Shown here one piece after another: positions 52,539-64,000 of a stretch of DNA of 64,000 nt. Each line of letters opens with the position of its first letter. The first letter of the stretch is position 1. The stretch lies in NCBI GenBank assembly GCA_053919585.1, contig CM132795.1; one strand, given 5' to 3'. A program made the translations under genes and the position numbers. This stretch comes from Euprymna scolopes. Lineage: Eukaryota. The notes under the pieces are model-generated. The model did not search any database. It saw nothing but the letters and a program-made list of their open reading frames with translations, and had not been told where the DNA came from.

Positions 52539-53947
52539 TGTAATTGCAGACCAATAAGTCTCCTGTGTCTTATGAGTAAGTTGCTGCAATCCATATTAAA
52601 TAGAGAAATAGTCAACCACCTCAGCAGAAACAACCTTCTTAGTGACACACAATATGGTTTCCGCTCTGCAAGATCTACCACAGATGTGCTGATGGTTATA
52701 TCTAACAGGATTAGTTAATCTCTTTACAAAGGCTTCCTTTCGAGGGCAATTGCTCTTGACATATCAAAGGCCTTCGACAAGGTATGGCATAAGGGTCTAC
52801 TTCACAAGATTTCAAGCTACGGTATAACTGGAAATGTTTTCTCAATCATTAAATCATTTCTCTCCGATAGGCTCATAAGAGTAGTGGTCGATGGACAAAA
52901 ATCAGACGCCTGCAGTATTAATGCTGGAGTCCCTCAGGGGTCAATCCTGGGCCCAACTCTCTTCCTGATCTACATCAATGACCTCCCTAAACACATACTT
53001 AAATCATTCGTTGGCATCTATGCTGATGACACGACCATCTACGGCAACACGTCAAAGGCTGTAAATGACAAAGTTCTCTCTGATTCTCTCTCCTCTGATC
53101 TTGAGCGCGTGGTTCAGTGGGGGAAGACGTGGCTGGTTACCTTTAATGCATCTAAAACCAAACTCCTATCCTTACATAATCAACGCTCTGATCCCCATCT
53201 GGCATTAATTGGGATGGATGGCTCTCGTCTGGGAGAGGCCCCGTGTTTTGACAAGCTTCTGGGTTTGACTTTTACTCCTGATCTGAAATGGAATACGTAC
53301 ATCAAGTCTGTTGCCAAGGTCGCTGGAAAGATAGTTGGGTCCTTCTACCGCTCCAGAAGATATCTCACGACTGATGCAATTCTCTATCTATATAAAAGCC
53401 AAGTACGTCCAAGGATGGAATACTGCTGCCATATCTGGGCAGGAGCAGCTAAAAACAGCTTATCCTGCCTTGACAGAGTACAAAATAGACTTCGTGGTTT
53501 AGTCGGGGTGCCCTTTTCTCTACCCTGCAACCTCTCTCCCACAGAAGAGACGTTGCGAGCCTATCCTTGTTTTATCGTTATTTCCATGGCAGGTGCTCGT
53601 CTGAACTCCAATCTCTGGTCCCCCCTCGCCAATCTTTCACGAAAAACACCCGTCTAGCTGAATCCACTGTGAAAAATTTCCCCTACTCTTTATCTAATCA
53701 AAACGTGGATTCCATGAGCAAAACTTCTTTCTTAGAACTGCACGCCTGTGGAACTCTGTTCCGTGTGCCTGCTTCCCACCTGACTACAACTTGGATGTGT
53801 TCAAGTCCAACGTTAACAAATTCCTAATGAACCGCCCCTTTAAGTAAACACTGCAACAAATCTCCATACTAACGTAATGTACATGCAATAACCCTTATCC
53901 CTGAGTGGCTTCCGATAAGTGGTGACCACTGTGTAAAAAAAAAAAAA
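52539..53947 (+). mobile_element. 5'-truncated CR1-group LINE (RT pseudogene + 3' UTR + poly-A)
   Basis: RPISLL, QYGFR, LDISKAFDKVWH, GVPQGSILGPTLFLIYINDL, YADD and MEYCCHIWAGA motifs. In-frame stop at 52716-52718, frameshifts near the C-terminus, A-tail at 53935-53947. Confidence 0.92.
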
Positions 53948-54076
53948 TTAATAACGTATATGTGCTCAGCATATTGTTTAGATTTAAAATTGCCGGTACG
54001 GATTGTAATTGAATTTTATATAACAGATGAATGTAATAACAGAAATAAAAAAGATTTTTTATGATTTTGCATCTTA

Positions 54077-55048
54077 AGCCAAAACAAAAAAGTCCGTTAA
54101 TATGCAGGGCTTAAAATAGAAAGGGAAAAAGAGGAACCAGCTAACCAAAAACAGTCCGTTAATGTGCAGGGTTTAAAATAGAAGGGGAAAAAGAGAAACC
54201 AGCTAGCCAAAAACAGTCCGTTAATGTGCAGGGCTTAAACTATAAGGGGAAAAAGAGAAACCAGCTTGCCAAAAACAGTCCGTTAATGTGCAGGTTTTAA
54301 AATAGAAGGGGAAAAAGAGAAACCAGCTAGCCAAAAACAGTCCGTTAATGTGCAGGGTTTAAAATAGAAGGGGAAAAAAAGAAACCAGCTAGCCAAAAAC
54401 AGTCCGTTGATGTGCAGGGTTTAAAATAGAAGGAGAAAAAGAGGAACCAGCTAGCCAAAAACAGTCCGTTAATGTGCAGGGTTTAAAATAGAAGGGGAAA
54501 AAGAGAAACCAGCTAGCCAAAAACAGTCCATTAATGAGCAGGGTTTAAAATATAAGGGGAAAAAGAGAAACCAGCTAGCCAAAAACAGTCCGTTAATGTG
54601 CAGGGTTTAAAATAGAAGGGGAAAAAGAGAAACCAGCTAGCCAAAAACAGTCCGTTAATGTGCAGGGTTTAAAATAGAAGGGGAAAAAGAGAAACCAGCT
54701 AGCCAAAAACAGTCCGTTAATGTGCAGGGTTTGAAATAGAAGGGGAAAAAGAGAAACCAGCTAGCCAAAAAACAGTCCGTTAATGTGCAGGGTTTAAAAT
54801 AGAAGGGGAAAAGAGAAACCAGCTAGCCAAAAACAGTCCGTTAATGTGCAGGGTTTAAAATAGAAGAGGAAAAAGAGAAACCAGCTAGCCAAAAAACAGT
54901 CCGTTAATGTGCAGGGTTTGAAATATAAGGGGAAAAAGAGAAACCAGCTAGCCAAAAACAGTCCGTTAATGTGCAGGGCTTAAAATAGAAGGGGAAGAAG
55001 AGGAACCAGCTAGCCAAAAACAGTCCGTTAATGTGCAGGGCTTAAAAT
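54077..55048 (+). repeat. 62-bp minisatellite, ~15.5 copies
   Basis: Unit AGCCAAAAACAGTCCGTTAATGTGCAGGGTTTAAAATAGAAGGGGAAAAAGAGAAACCAGCT repeated with few variants. Confidence 0.97.
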
Positions 55049-55588
55049 TATTTTGTTATGCAATATACTCCACGACTCATAAATGAAAGCTGAAGTTATC
55101 TTCCTTCATTAGAAGAGAAAACATACTTAATACCTACAACTTCTTTTTATTCGCATCTACTGAAAATTTGCCCATATACCTATTTACTTAACTATATATA
55201 CGGAAGACGCCATAACTTATATTTTACCTCCAGTTATACCCGTACTGTATTGCACTTACATCCCAACTCTACTGTCATCTAAACTATAGACTGGGCACAG
55301 AATAAATTTAGTTTAATTCTTAATACCTAGTCATACTGTAAGGTTATCCTATTTCTTAGCTAACATATAAATAAAATAAATAAATAAAAATCTAAAGGAA
55401 AAATTCTAGCCACATAATTAACTCCTTTCTAACAAGCCTGCTTGCAAATATAGTTGCTTCCACTGCATGAGCTTTACTCACCCCCTCTTCCAGTAAAAAT
55501 GAAATAGCAATGCCCTAAATCACTTTGAGGAGTGTAACTTTTCAGTAGATATATAACCTCTACAAACTAACCTAGAAACATTAACTGA

Positions 55589-58500
55589 CCACGCGGGGTC
55601 GCAGAAATACCTGCATTAGGACCCAGGCGTGGAGCACTCTCTCGGTGCTGATGGACCCAGTTGATCTTACCAGATCATCCGTCTAGGAGAAGGAAAATGA
55701 ACGTTGTTTTCCCTACTCCTGACACATCCCACCCCTCTAAACTGGGCACTTGGGAGTGCTTGAGTGCCACATATGCCAGTGCAATAAGATTGGGTTGACC
55801 TTCGTCTGATGGGTTGAGAGTACCGGATTGACAGTTCCTGGCTGCTGTTTCGGACTGGTAGTACAGTTTCCCTAACTCTTTGGTAGATCTTAGAGAGGCT
55901 GCTCCATCAACAGTTGTATAGTATCGGGATGTTTGTAGTACCATATCGCGCATGGAAAGGGACCCTGCACTCATCTCCGGTGGGCTTTTCTGAGGCCACA
56001 ATCCTAGTTGATGAAAGTTTAGCTGATGGTCTACTGTGTTGCATGTCTGGTATTCTGCATAACCACTTGTTCAGCACCTCCTTACCTAAACTGAAACTCT
56101 TTAAAAAATGACAGTACAATAAAAAAAATACACTTAAACCAGGTTTAGGTTCAAACAAAATCAACTTGTCTCTTCCCTTGAGGCTTGCATTTACGAACAT
56201 CCGTGGACTTAGAACTAATTTAGATGATGCTGAAACATTTTCCCTAACAAACACCCCGGACATCTTACACTAAGTGAGACTAACCTACACTCCTCCATCC
56301 CCTTTAATTACTTTAACATGACTGGATATCTCCCACTCTGCCGTAAGAACTCTGACAGACATATGCACGGACTTGGAGTCTATATTCTTAATACTCTCCT
56401 CCTGACTAGAGAAACAAACCTAGAATCGGACGATCAAGCCGTTATGTGCTTTAGACTTAACATGCAACATAACATTAGCGACTTTTATTTTTTCTACCGC
56501 TTTGCCTCGACCCAGGACTTCACCATAATAAACAAAGTCTCTGACAGCATAGATAGAATACTCTCCCTCGACACTAGTGCACAAGTACATGTATTTGGTG
56601 ACTTCAATGTCCACCACAGAAATTGGCTTGGATTCTCTACTTACACCGACGCAGCTGTTAGCACAAAGCATAGCTTCTCTATATCTCACTCCCTAACATA
56701 GATGGTTACGTTTCCAACCCGTTTCCCAGACAAGCAAAAACAACACGCTTCACTTCTTGATCTGTTTCTGACCACAGTTCCCGATAATTGTATAACGAAT
56801 GCCCACAGTTCACTTGGGAACTCTGATCATGCAGTGATAATGGTCGAAATTACCCTAAACTCTAGATCCAAAACTGAAAGCTATTGCTCAAAACAACGAG
56901 ATATTATAAAAAGGCTGACTGAGAAGCCATCATGGATCTTATCAGAGATGCCCTGTGAGGAAATATCTTTTCTCTTCCTGCTGAAGAGTGCGCAAATGAG
57001 ACCACTGAATGGTTAAAAACGGGAATTGAAGCACATGCTCCCACACGGAAATTTTATAGCAAGCCACACTCTTCCTAATGGTTTACTTCTACTTGTGCAA
57101 CTGCCATTGCGCAAAGGCAGCATGCGTACCGCAGATTTAACCGACATAAGTCCAGTTCAAGCAGACAGAAGTATATAGAAGCTAGAAGTAATTGTAAGAA
57201 AAAAATAGCGACAGCTAAGAGAGAATTTACTGAAACTATCAAAAATCGCATCGAAGCACAAAGATTAGGAACCCATGACTTCTGGAAAATCTACAACAGT
57301 GTAGTAAATAATGGGTAATCAACAATTCCCCACTAACCAACAATCATGAGTTTGTTTGCTCAGCAACCGAGAAGGCTAATATGCTTTCCAGTCGGTTTGC
57401 TTGCAACTCCACACTGGGCCCTGCTAACCACCCCCTCCCTGACATTCGTTTGCGGACAGACGCCAGGTTAGACGATCTGAAAATCACTCCATCTCAGGTG
57501 CATACTATCATAAAAAACCTTGACACTTCAAAAGCATGTGGACCTGATCTCATCCCGGCTGTGCTATTAAAAAATGCTCCGCCAAAGTAGCTCCAATTCT
57601 CTCCAAACTTTACAACAAATGCCTTAATGAATCTTGCTTTCCGGGCTGCTGGAAAACTACTTCTGTGGTACAAGTTTTCAAGAATTCTGGCGAAAGAACT
57701 GACCTATTAAATTATTGCCCCATTAGCCTCCTCCCACTTTTTGCCAAAATATTTGAGTCCATAATTAACCAAGCTCTAGTCCATCACCTTACATATGCTA
57801 AACTTCTGACCGACCAACAATATAGATTTAGACAAGCACGTTCCACAGCAGATATCCTAACTGTAATCTCTGACCTATATACCATTCACTAGACAAAGCA
57901 AGGGAGGGTAGAGCTTTTGACAGGGTATGCCATGAAGGTCTTCTCAGGAATATCAGATCATACGGTATCACTGGACGAATACTAAACATAATTAAATCCT
58001 TTTTAGATAAGAGAAAAATCCAGGTTGTCCTCGACAGTCGTACATCTAAACAATATGATATAAATGCGGGAGTGCCTCAAGGGTCTATCCTTGGAACTTT
58101 GTTATTCCTAATATTCATGAATGACCTCCCTCACAAAATTGCCTCTGAGATGGGTATATATGCTGATGACACCACGCTCTTTAACAGGACACCAAATGAA
58201 CACATATCTAAGGAAATGACAGAAACACTAGCAGATGACCTCACATCTGTAGTGGAATGGGGACAAAAATGGATGGTAACATTCAATGCTGCCAATACTA
58301 AACTTATTTCCTTCAATAATTACAAGAAACCTTGTCTACCACCAATAGCAATGGCCAAAGGCTCTTTATCTGAAAGTACTTCTTTTAAATTCCTCGGCCT
58401 AACGTTCACAGGAAACATGAGTTAAAACAATTATATTGAGAACATTGCCAGGACCGCTGCGAAGAAGGTAGGCTCTCTCTACCGTGCTAGGAATCTACTA

Positions 58501-59034
58501 ACGCCCGAAAGAATCATGTAACTTTATAAGGCCACCATTCGCCCATGTATGGAGTATTGCTGTCATATTTGGGCTGGTGCATCTGCTACTAGTCTCTCGC
58601 TCCTAGACAAGGTCCAAAAGAGAGTCTCCAACCTGATAGGTCCTGAACTGTCATCTAAGCTTCAGACTCTGTCTCACCGACAAAATGTTGCATCCCTCTG
58701 CCTGTTCTACAAGTATTTCAATGGTGAATGCTCTGACGAACTGCAAGCACTTGTACACGCACGACGTAAATACCCCTATACAGTGGAGATCCCTTGATGT
58801 AAGAGAGTTTTCTACTCCAGTAGTTTCTTCCCCAGAACCACTAGACTTTGGAATTCCATTCCGACTCCCTGCTTCTCCAACTGTACTTACATGCAGAAGT
58901 TCAAGTGTAATATGAACCGACATCTTACTTCCCAACTCCCTACATAGTACCCCAGTAGCGTATGTCCCTGATAGTAGCCCCCTACACCAAAGTGGCAATG
59001 TGCCTTGTTTGGGATGAAAATGTTATAAAAAAAA
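55589..59034 (+). mobile_element. Near full-length decayed CR1-group LINE (APE endonuclease + RT), ~500-nt structured leader, no ORF1 seen
   Basis: Endonuclease motifs FTNIRGL, SETNL, GDFNVHH, LDLFLT and SDH (56190-56830); RT motifs KACGPDLIP, PISLL, PQGSILG, YADD and MEYCCHIWAG; A-tail at 59027-59034. Many stops and frameshifts; the 5' boundary is approximate. Confidence 0.9.
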
Positions 59035-59114
59035 TTTGTAACTTTTTGGAGAACTATAATTGAACTAAACGTTTGACCCCAGATCAGACTATGCAATGGT
59101 CCAAGGAAAGATAA

Positions 59115-60611
59115 TGTGAAAAAACTAAGTAGAAAGCGAGTAATCGCCCTTGATACGAACTGACCTTTTGTTTTAATAATGAATTAGACAAAGATACATA
59201 TATAACCCTTTCTTGCATATAAGAAATTTTGCAGAATTAGTGCATGTTGCATAAATTTTAATTTTTTTTTTTTGATCGACTGAATAAATACCCTGTACAA
59301 ACTTGTTGACATTGCTGAGCTAGAAGTTTTATGTCAGCGACTGAAGAAGCTACCAGGCTGACTACGGGTTGATCACTGACGAGTGAAACACGTATGAACG
59401 GGTTAGACTCAACTGTTTTCTTTGGAAGTTGGGTGAACTAAGGGCTTGAATGTGACCCACCCACCTATGATGATCGAAAATTACATCAATAACGGTTAAA
59501 ATAGAGCTGAATTAGAGCGTTATTTTGTGAGCAATCCCGGGCGGTTCCCGGTTGCATTGCTGATTCCATTTGTTTGGTTGGTGACTCAAATCAAAATAAG
59601 GAACAATAACTTCAGCTGAGTGAATTTGAGATGATAATATTTTGATACTAATGTTTCGCTAATCAAACCACGTATTTCGAGAAATGGTAGTGAGTTATTG
59701 TTTTCAGTTTTTGTAAAGGTGGATGTGAACCCGAGGTAAAAGTTTAAAAAATTTCGCTATGTGAGAAACTTTTGATGAAAATTTTCTAAATTGATATGCA
59801 CAAGTAATTTGACTAAACTGGCCAACCAAGTCGAATTCAATGTTAACTCTATGAAGGTGAATTGGCTGAATGAAACACTAGACCTCATTAAACTCACGTC
59901 GTTACCTTCCTATGAGAAGATGTGCAAGAGTGAGTTTTTACAGTTGCAGTTGAATTGAGTTGAGAGCAGTGTTGTAAGGAGTCAAGTTTGAACCGCCCCT
60001 CCAGCCACGCTACATCACCTCGCTTACTGACTGAAAGAAAGATAGAACGGAAAAAAAGAAAAGTTTTTTTCTTGTGCCAACTGACCATACGACTTTAAAA
60101 CTGCGTTAATAAAAAAATATATATTTTTTTCGTTTAATTTTACTGTATAATAGCAAATATTGTAGTTATGAAATTTATTTAATAATTAATCTTTATAAAA
60201 AGAATTACTGACTGAAGTTTATTTTATTTGTTGCCTCCGAAATTCATGACTCAAATATAAAACGAACGCCATCTATTTGAATTGATTTCTTTCAGGAGAC
60301 AGCAATCAGGAAAAGGACAGCAAACCTAACGCCGGTCCAGCCTGTAGCTCGTGGCACTCATATTTCCCTGGAAACTTTGAGTTGTTTTGTTTGGTGTTGC
60401 TTTCTTTGATTTTTTTTCCCTCCTATTTTTATAATTATTTTTTAAATTTTATTTTTACCTACGGACCACTGGTGAAGCAAGGAATAAGAGAAATCGAGCA
60501 TCAAACCCAGATATCATATAGGCGATCAAGGCTATGCTACTGAACTTTCTTGTATGTTCCAAAATCGGAACCACTTAGGACTACACTTACGTACCGGTCT
60601 TAACTTCGACA
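59115..60611 (+). mobile_element. Putative 3' LTR (copy B), preceded by a polypurine-tract-like AAGGAAAGATAA
   Basis: Homologous to 10457-11420 with extra segments. Starts TGTGAAAAAACTAAGT right after the purine run at 59103-59114, ends CGACA, and has no PBS downstream. Confidence 0.55.
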
Positions 60612-61047
60612 ATCGAAAAAATACATTGAAAGAAGGAGCGGGCGATTTTGACTAAAGTTACCACTTTGTACAGCCTAACATCAAAAGTGCATCTGAGAAG
60701 TTTTGTTACTACACAAGTAGAAAGGCTTAGGATATACAATCAAGAGCATGTTCCTTGATATAACAGGAGCAGGTCTCAAATGAATGTTTCTGTTTAGAGC
60801 ACAATTTAACCATGATACTTGATTTTTGCATTTTAAACTTTAGTTCACATAAAAATAATTTTATAAAATCGACAGTTGGTTACCTACAGTGCTATGTTGT
60901 ACACTACAATGTATTGTGGGATACGTAACTATGGGGAGAGATATGAAGGAAGAGTCGAAAAATTGTCGATTTTACCGATTTTGATGGCAATAAAATATAG
61001 AAGGGTGAAATATTCGTTGATCCTCGTTCATTAGGTCTCCCTGCTTG

Positions 61048-61048
<1 letters not shown>

Positions 61049-61134
<86 letters not shown>
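61049..61134. repeat. Compound (CA)n-(TA)n-(TG)n microsatellite (self-complementary)
   Basis: Directly visible. Confidence 0.9.
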
Positions 61135-61278
61135 TCAATTTGTTTTTATAGAAGCAGTAATTACTGCTTCTGTAAAGACAAATTGAAAATGTAACTTGCT
61201 CTACTTCCGTATTGGGCACTCTTGTATTAACTTCGTTATATTTCACCGGTTACCTTACTTTTGAAAAATAGCAACCTC

Positions 61279-61282
<4 letters not shown>

Positions 61283-61333
<51 letters not shown>

Positions 61334-61566
61334 GCCATAACGAGACATATACGGCATACTGACGTTGAAATTCTAGGCGCTGTATGTGCTTTCCGCTTAT
61401 CCAAGCATTTGTTTCCAGTCGTCCTGAACCTCCACTTACCACTGGTATTCAATAATGTCGACTCAGGAGAGGTGTGGTTGGAGACTCAGCAACTCTTGCC
61501 ACTAAAAAAATTCATGCGCAGGCACCCTTACCGTGGCTATCCATAGTCTGTCAAGACTGCAGAAGG

Positions 61567-61623
<57 letters not shown>
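61283..61623 (+). mobile_element. ~240-bp SINE-like insert (61332-61569) flanked on both sides by (TA)n
   Basis: Discrete moderately GC-rich segment between two long (TA)n runs. Pol III boxes are not convincing; the call rests on size and context. Confidence 0.35.
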
Positions 61624-61627
<4 letters not shown>

Positions 61628-61928
61628 CAAAGGGTTACCACATCAAGGCCTAAATGCCCCTCGAGGATAAAGTTTATTGTGTGTATTGTAGTCGTTAGGA
61701 CAATACTGTAATAATCGTTTGTGATGGCTCTTCGGTATAATTAGATTATTTACGAGGACGGTTCAATAAGAACTTGTTTACATTGGACTTGAAGATGATG
61801 ATATTGTCGTTAAATGGAAAGTAGACCAGCTGAACAGAGTTTCACAGGCTGGCAGTTCTAGGTAGAATGTTTTGTACATGCACACATACATACAGATATC
61901 TATATATTATATATTCCAATTTAATATA

Positions 61929-63161
61929 TTGAGTTGAGAAGAATGTTGTTGCTGAATTTTTTTATTTAAATTTTATATTTTCAAATAAGTTTATGTTATA
62001 ATACCTTGACTTATGTATGATTTTAAATAGTATTTTTTAGCTCCATCTAATCGTTTAAATTACAATCGTTTTAAAACAATTATGTCTTCTTTTCAGAACG
62101 TAGAATACAAGATGAAAAAAAGCAAATTCGCACAATTTTCTTATTTCAATTCAAGCTAGGACGAAAAGCTGCTGAAACATCTCGCGATATCAACGAAGGG
62201 TTTGGCCCAGAAACAACTACTGAACGTACAGCATAATGGTGGTTTAAGAAATTTCATGGCGGCGATGAGAGTCTTGAAGATGATGAGCGTAGTGGTCGGC
62301 CATCGGATGTTGATAACGACCAATTAACAGCCTTAGTCAAAGTGAATAAACGCACAACTGTTCGAGAACTTGCTTCTGAATTAGTAATGCATATAACGAT
62401 TCCATACCACTTGGGAGAAATTGGAAAGAAAAAAAAAACTTAAAAAATGGGTGCTCCACGAATTGAACGACAACCAAAGAAGCGCCATATAAAGTGTCAT
62501 CTTCCCTTCTTTTACACAACAATAACGACCCGTCTCTTGACAAGGTTGTGACTTGCGATGAAAAGTGGCTTCTTTACAACTGGCGAGACTCAGCTCAGTG
62601 GTTAGACGCTGACGGAGCTCCACCACACTTCTCGAAGCCAGAGTTGCACCAAAAGAAGGTCATCCTGACTGTTTGGTGGTCTGTGACCTGTCTCATCCAT
62701 TACAGTTTTTTGAATGCAGGCGAAACCAATACGACGGAGAAGTACTGTCAACAAATGGATGAAATGCATCAGAAACTTCGACAACAGCACCCAGCATTAG
62801 TCAACAGAAAAGGTCAAATTTTCCTCCACGACAATACCCGACCGCACATTAATAAACCGAATTGAGCTACGAAATCCGCCTCTTCCACCATACTCTCGAG
62901 ACATCTCACCTACCGACTGTCATATTTTTAAGCATATCGACAAATTTCTGCGTGAAAAATGCTTCAAAAACCTAAGCGATATCAAATACGCCTTCAGCGA
63001 TTTCATCGCTACAAGGACCCAACATTTTTACATTACTGGCAGAAAAAAAAAAAAATCTACGTTGGTAAAAGTGTGTTGATTTTGATCAAGAAATTTTTGT
63101 TTGATCCGAAATGTGTTCATCTGAATTTAAAAATTAAAAACCGCAAGAACCGTTTTGTCAA

Positions 63162-63166
<5 letters not shown>
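61929..63166 (+). mobile_element. Decayed mariner (Tc1/mariner DD34D, Hsmar1/cecropia-like) element, ~1.24 kb
   Basis: Degenerate TIRs TTGAGTTGAGAAGAATGTTGTTGCTG / CCGCAAGAACCGTTTTGTCAATCTGA, each flanked by TA; contains the transposase pseudogene. Confidence 0.85.
62112..63090 (+). pseudogene. Mariner transposase pseudogene
   Basis: KQIRTIFLFQFKLGRKAAET, WWFKKF, DDERSGRPS, WVLHEL (WVPHEL), VTCDEKW, LHDNTRPH and PPYSRDISPTDCHIF (YSPDL-like); stops and frameshifts. Confidence 0.92.

Positions 63167-63234
<68 letters not shown>
63166..63234. repeat. (TA)n microsatellite at the mariner 3' end
   Basis: Directly visible. Confidence 0.95.
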
Positions 63235-63237
<3 letters not shown>

Positions 63238-64000
63238 ACAAATATATTTGAACATGAATAGATAGATGATCACGTTTCGTCTTCTCGCTTAAACTTGAAA
63301 CCGACCAAAACTGTTAAAATAACAAGACATTGGCGGGAAATATTATCGCACATCTGAAAGATTCGTCGACAATCCGAGTCCTCCTGATTCGGCATCTTTT
63401 CTTTCACTTGCTAAGCTTCAACGAGTCTCGACTTGAAAATACGAAAACGCCTTACATTCTTCGACAACTGCATCAATAATATGGGTATTTCACAACAAAA
63501 CCAAAACGCTTGAAAAAAAAATAATAAAAGAAAATAACATTAAAAAAAAGCTAACTGCACTCAGCTTTATTTTTGGAAAAAAATTTTGCATGGATTTTTC
63601 AGAAAAAAATCCCCATTTTTCGGATGAAATTTCAAAAGAGCTTTTTCTCGCCTTGGCAGAATGCAAAACCTGCTTCAAAATCTAGTAAGGATTTGCTGGT
63701 CTCTCTCTTCTTTATCCTTACATGAAAAGTGCTTAACTGAACTCTAATGTCTGATTCCTCCTCGTAAGGCATTCATTGCAGGAATTCGTCTTATATCACT
63801 CCTTTTTTTGCCTTCAGGTAGAATTTCCATCGGAACAATATTTTTCAGAAACTTTTCGCCTACAAAACACATTATCATGGGATTGCTTTCTTGTTGATTG
63901 CAACTTGGTCGTCTTGAAATCTTATACGTCTTTTTTATCAATTCATCCCAAACAAGGCACAGAGCCACTTAGTCGCGAGGGGCTACTATTTGGGATCAAA

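Noticed and set aside
55596-55660. Hammerhead ribozyme in the CR1 leader (GAAA ... CTGATGG)
   Set aside because: The core reads CUGAUGG rather than CUGANGA, extra bases precede GAAA and no UH cleavage site is correctly placed.
52539-59034. The two CR1-like copies as one duplicated element
   Set aside because: They share protein motifs but differ widely in nucleotide sequence and 3' UTR, so they are independent insertions of related families.
62112-63090. SETMAR or a domesticated transposase gene
   Set aside because: No SET domain, multiple stops and frameshifts, and TIRs are still present; this is an ordinary dead mariner.

Overview
This is eukaryotic, AT-rich, repeat-dominated DNA from an invertebrate metazoan. 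Some repeats resemble mollusc/cephalopod families, but that is a weak impression. I can support no intact host gene. The centre (~14.2-52.2 kb) is a ~38-kb head-to-tail array of an 87-bp satellite (~435 monomers) with layered higher-order structure. The flanks hold decayed mobile elements: a 5'-truncated R4/Dong-like RLE LINE (minus strand), two CR1-group LINEs (one near full length, with a hairpin-rich leader and no ORF1), a mariner pseudogene, non-autonomous Helitron, hAT-like and foldback/MULE-like MITEs, a 62-bp minisatellite, a ~300-bp near-perfect palindrome and many microsatellites. The most notable observation is a pair of diverged direct repeats at ~10.46-11.42 kb and ~59.1-60.6 kb that look like 5' and 3' LTRs (TG...ACA ends, a purine tract before the right copy, a near-TSD) and bracket the whole satellite. 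The left copy is followed by a tandem run of five 'LTR-end hexamer + tRNA-3'-complement' cassettes rather than a single primer-binding site. These appear to match different tRNAs (His, Arg/Ser, iMet, Leu-like). All alignments were made by eye and tRNA comparisons use remembered metazoan consensus sequences, so they need computational confirmation.
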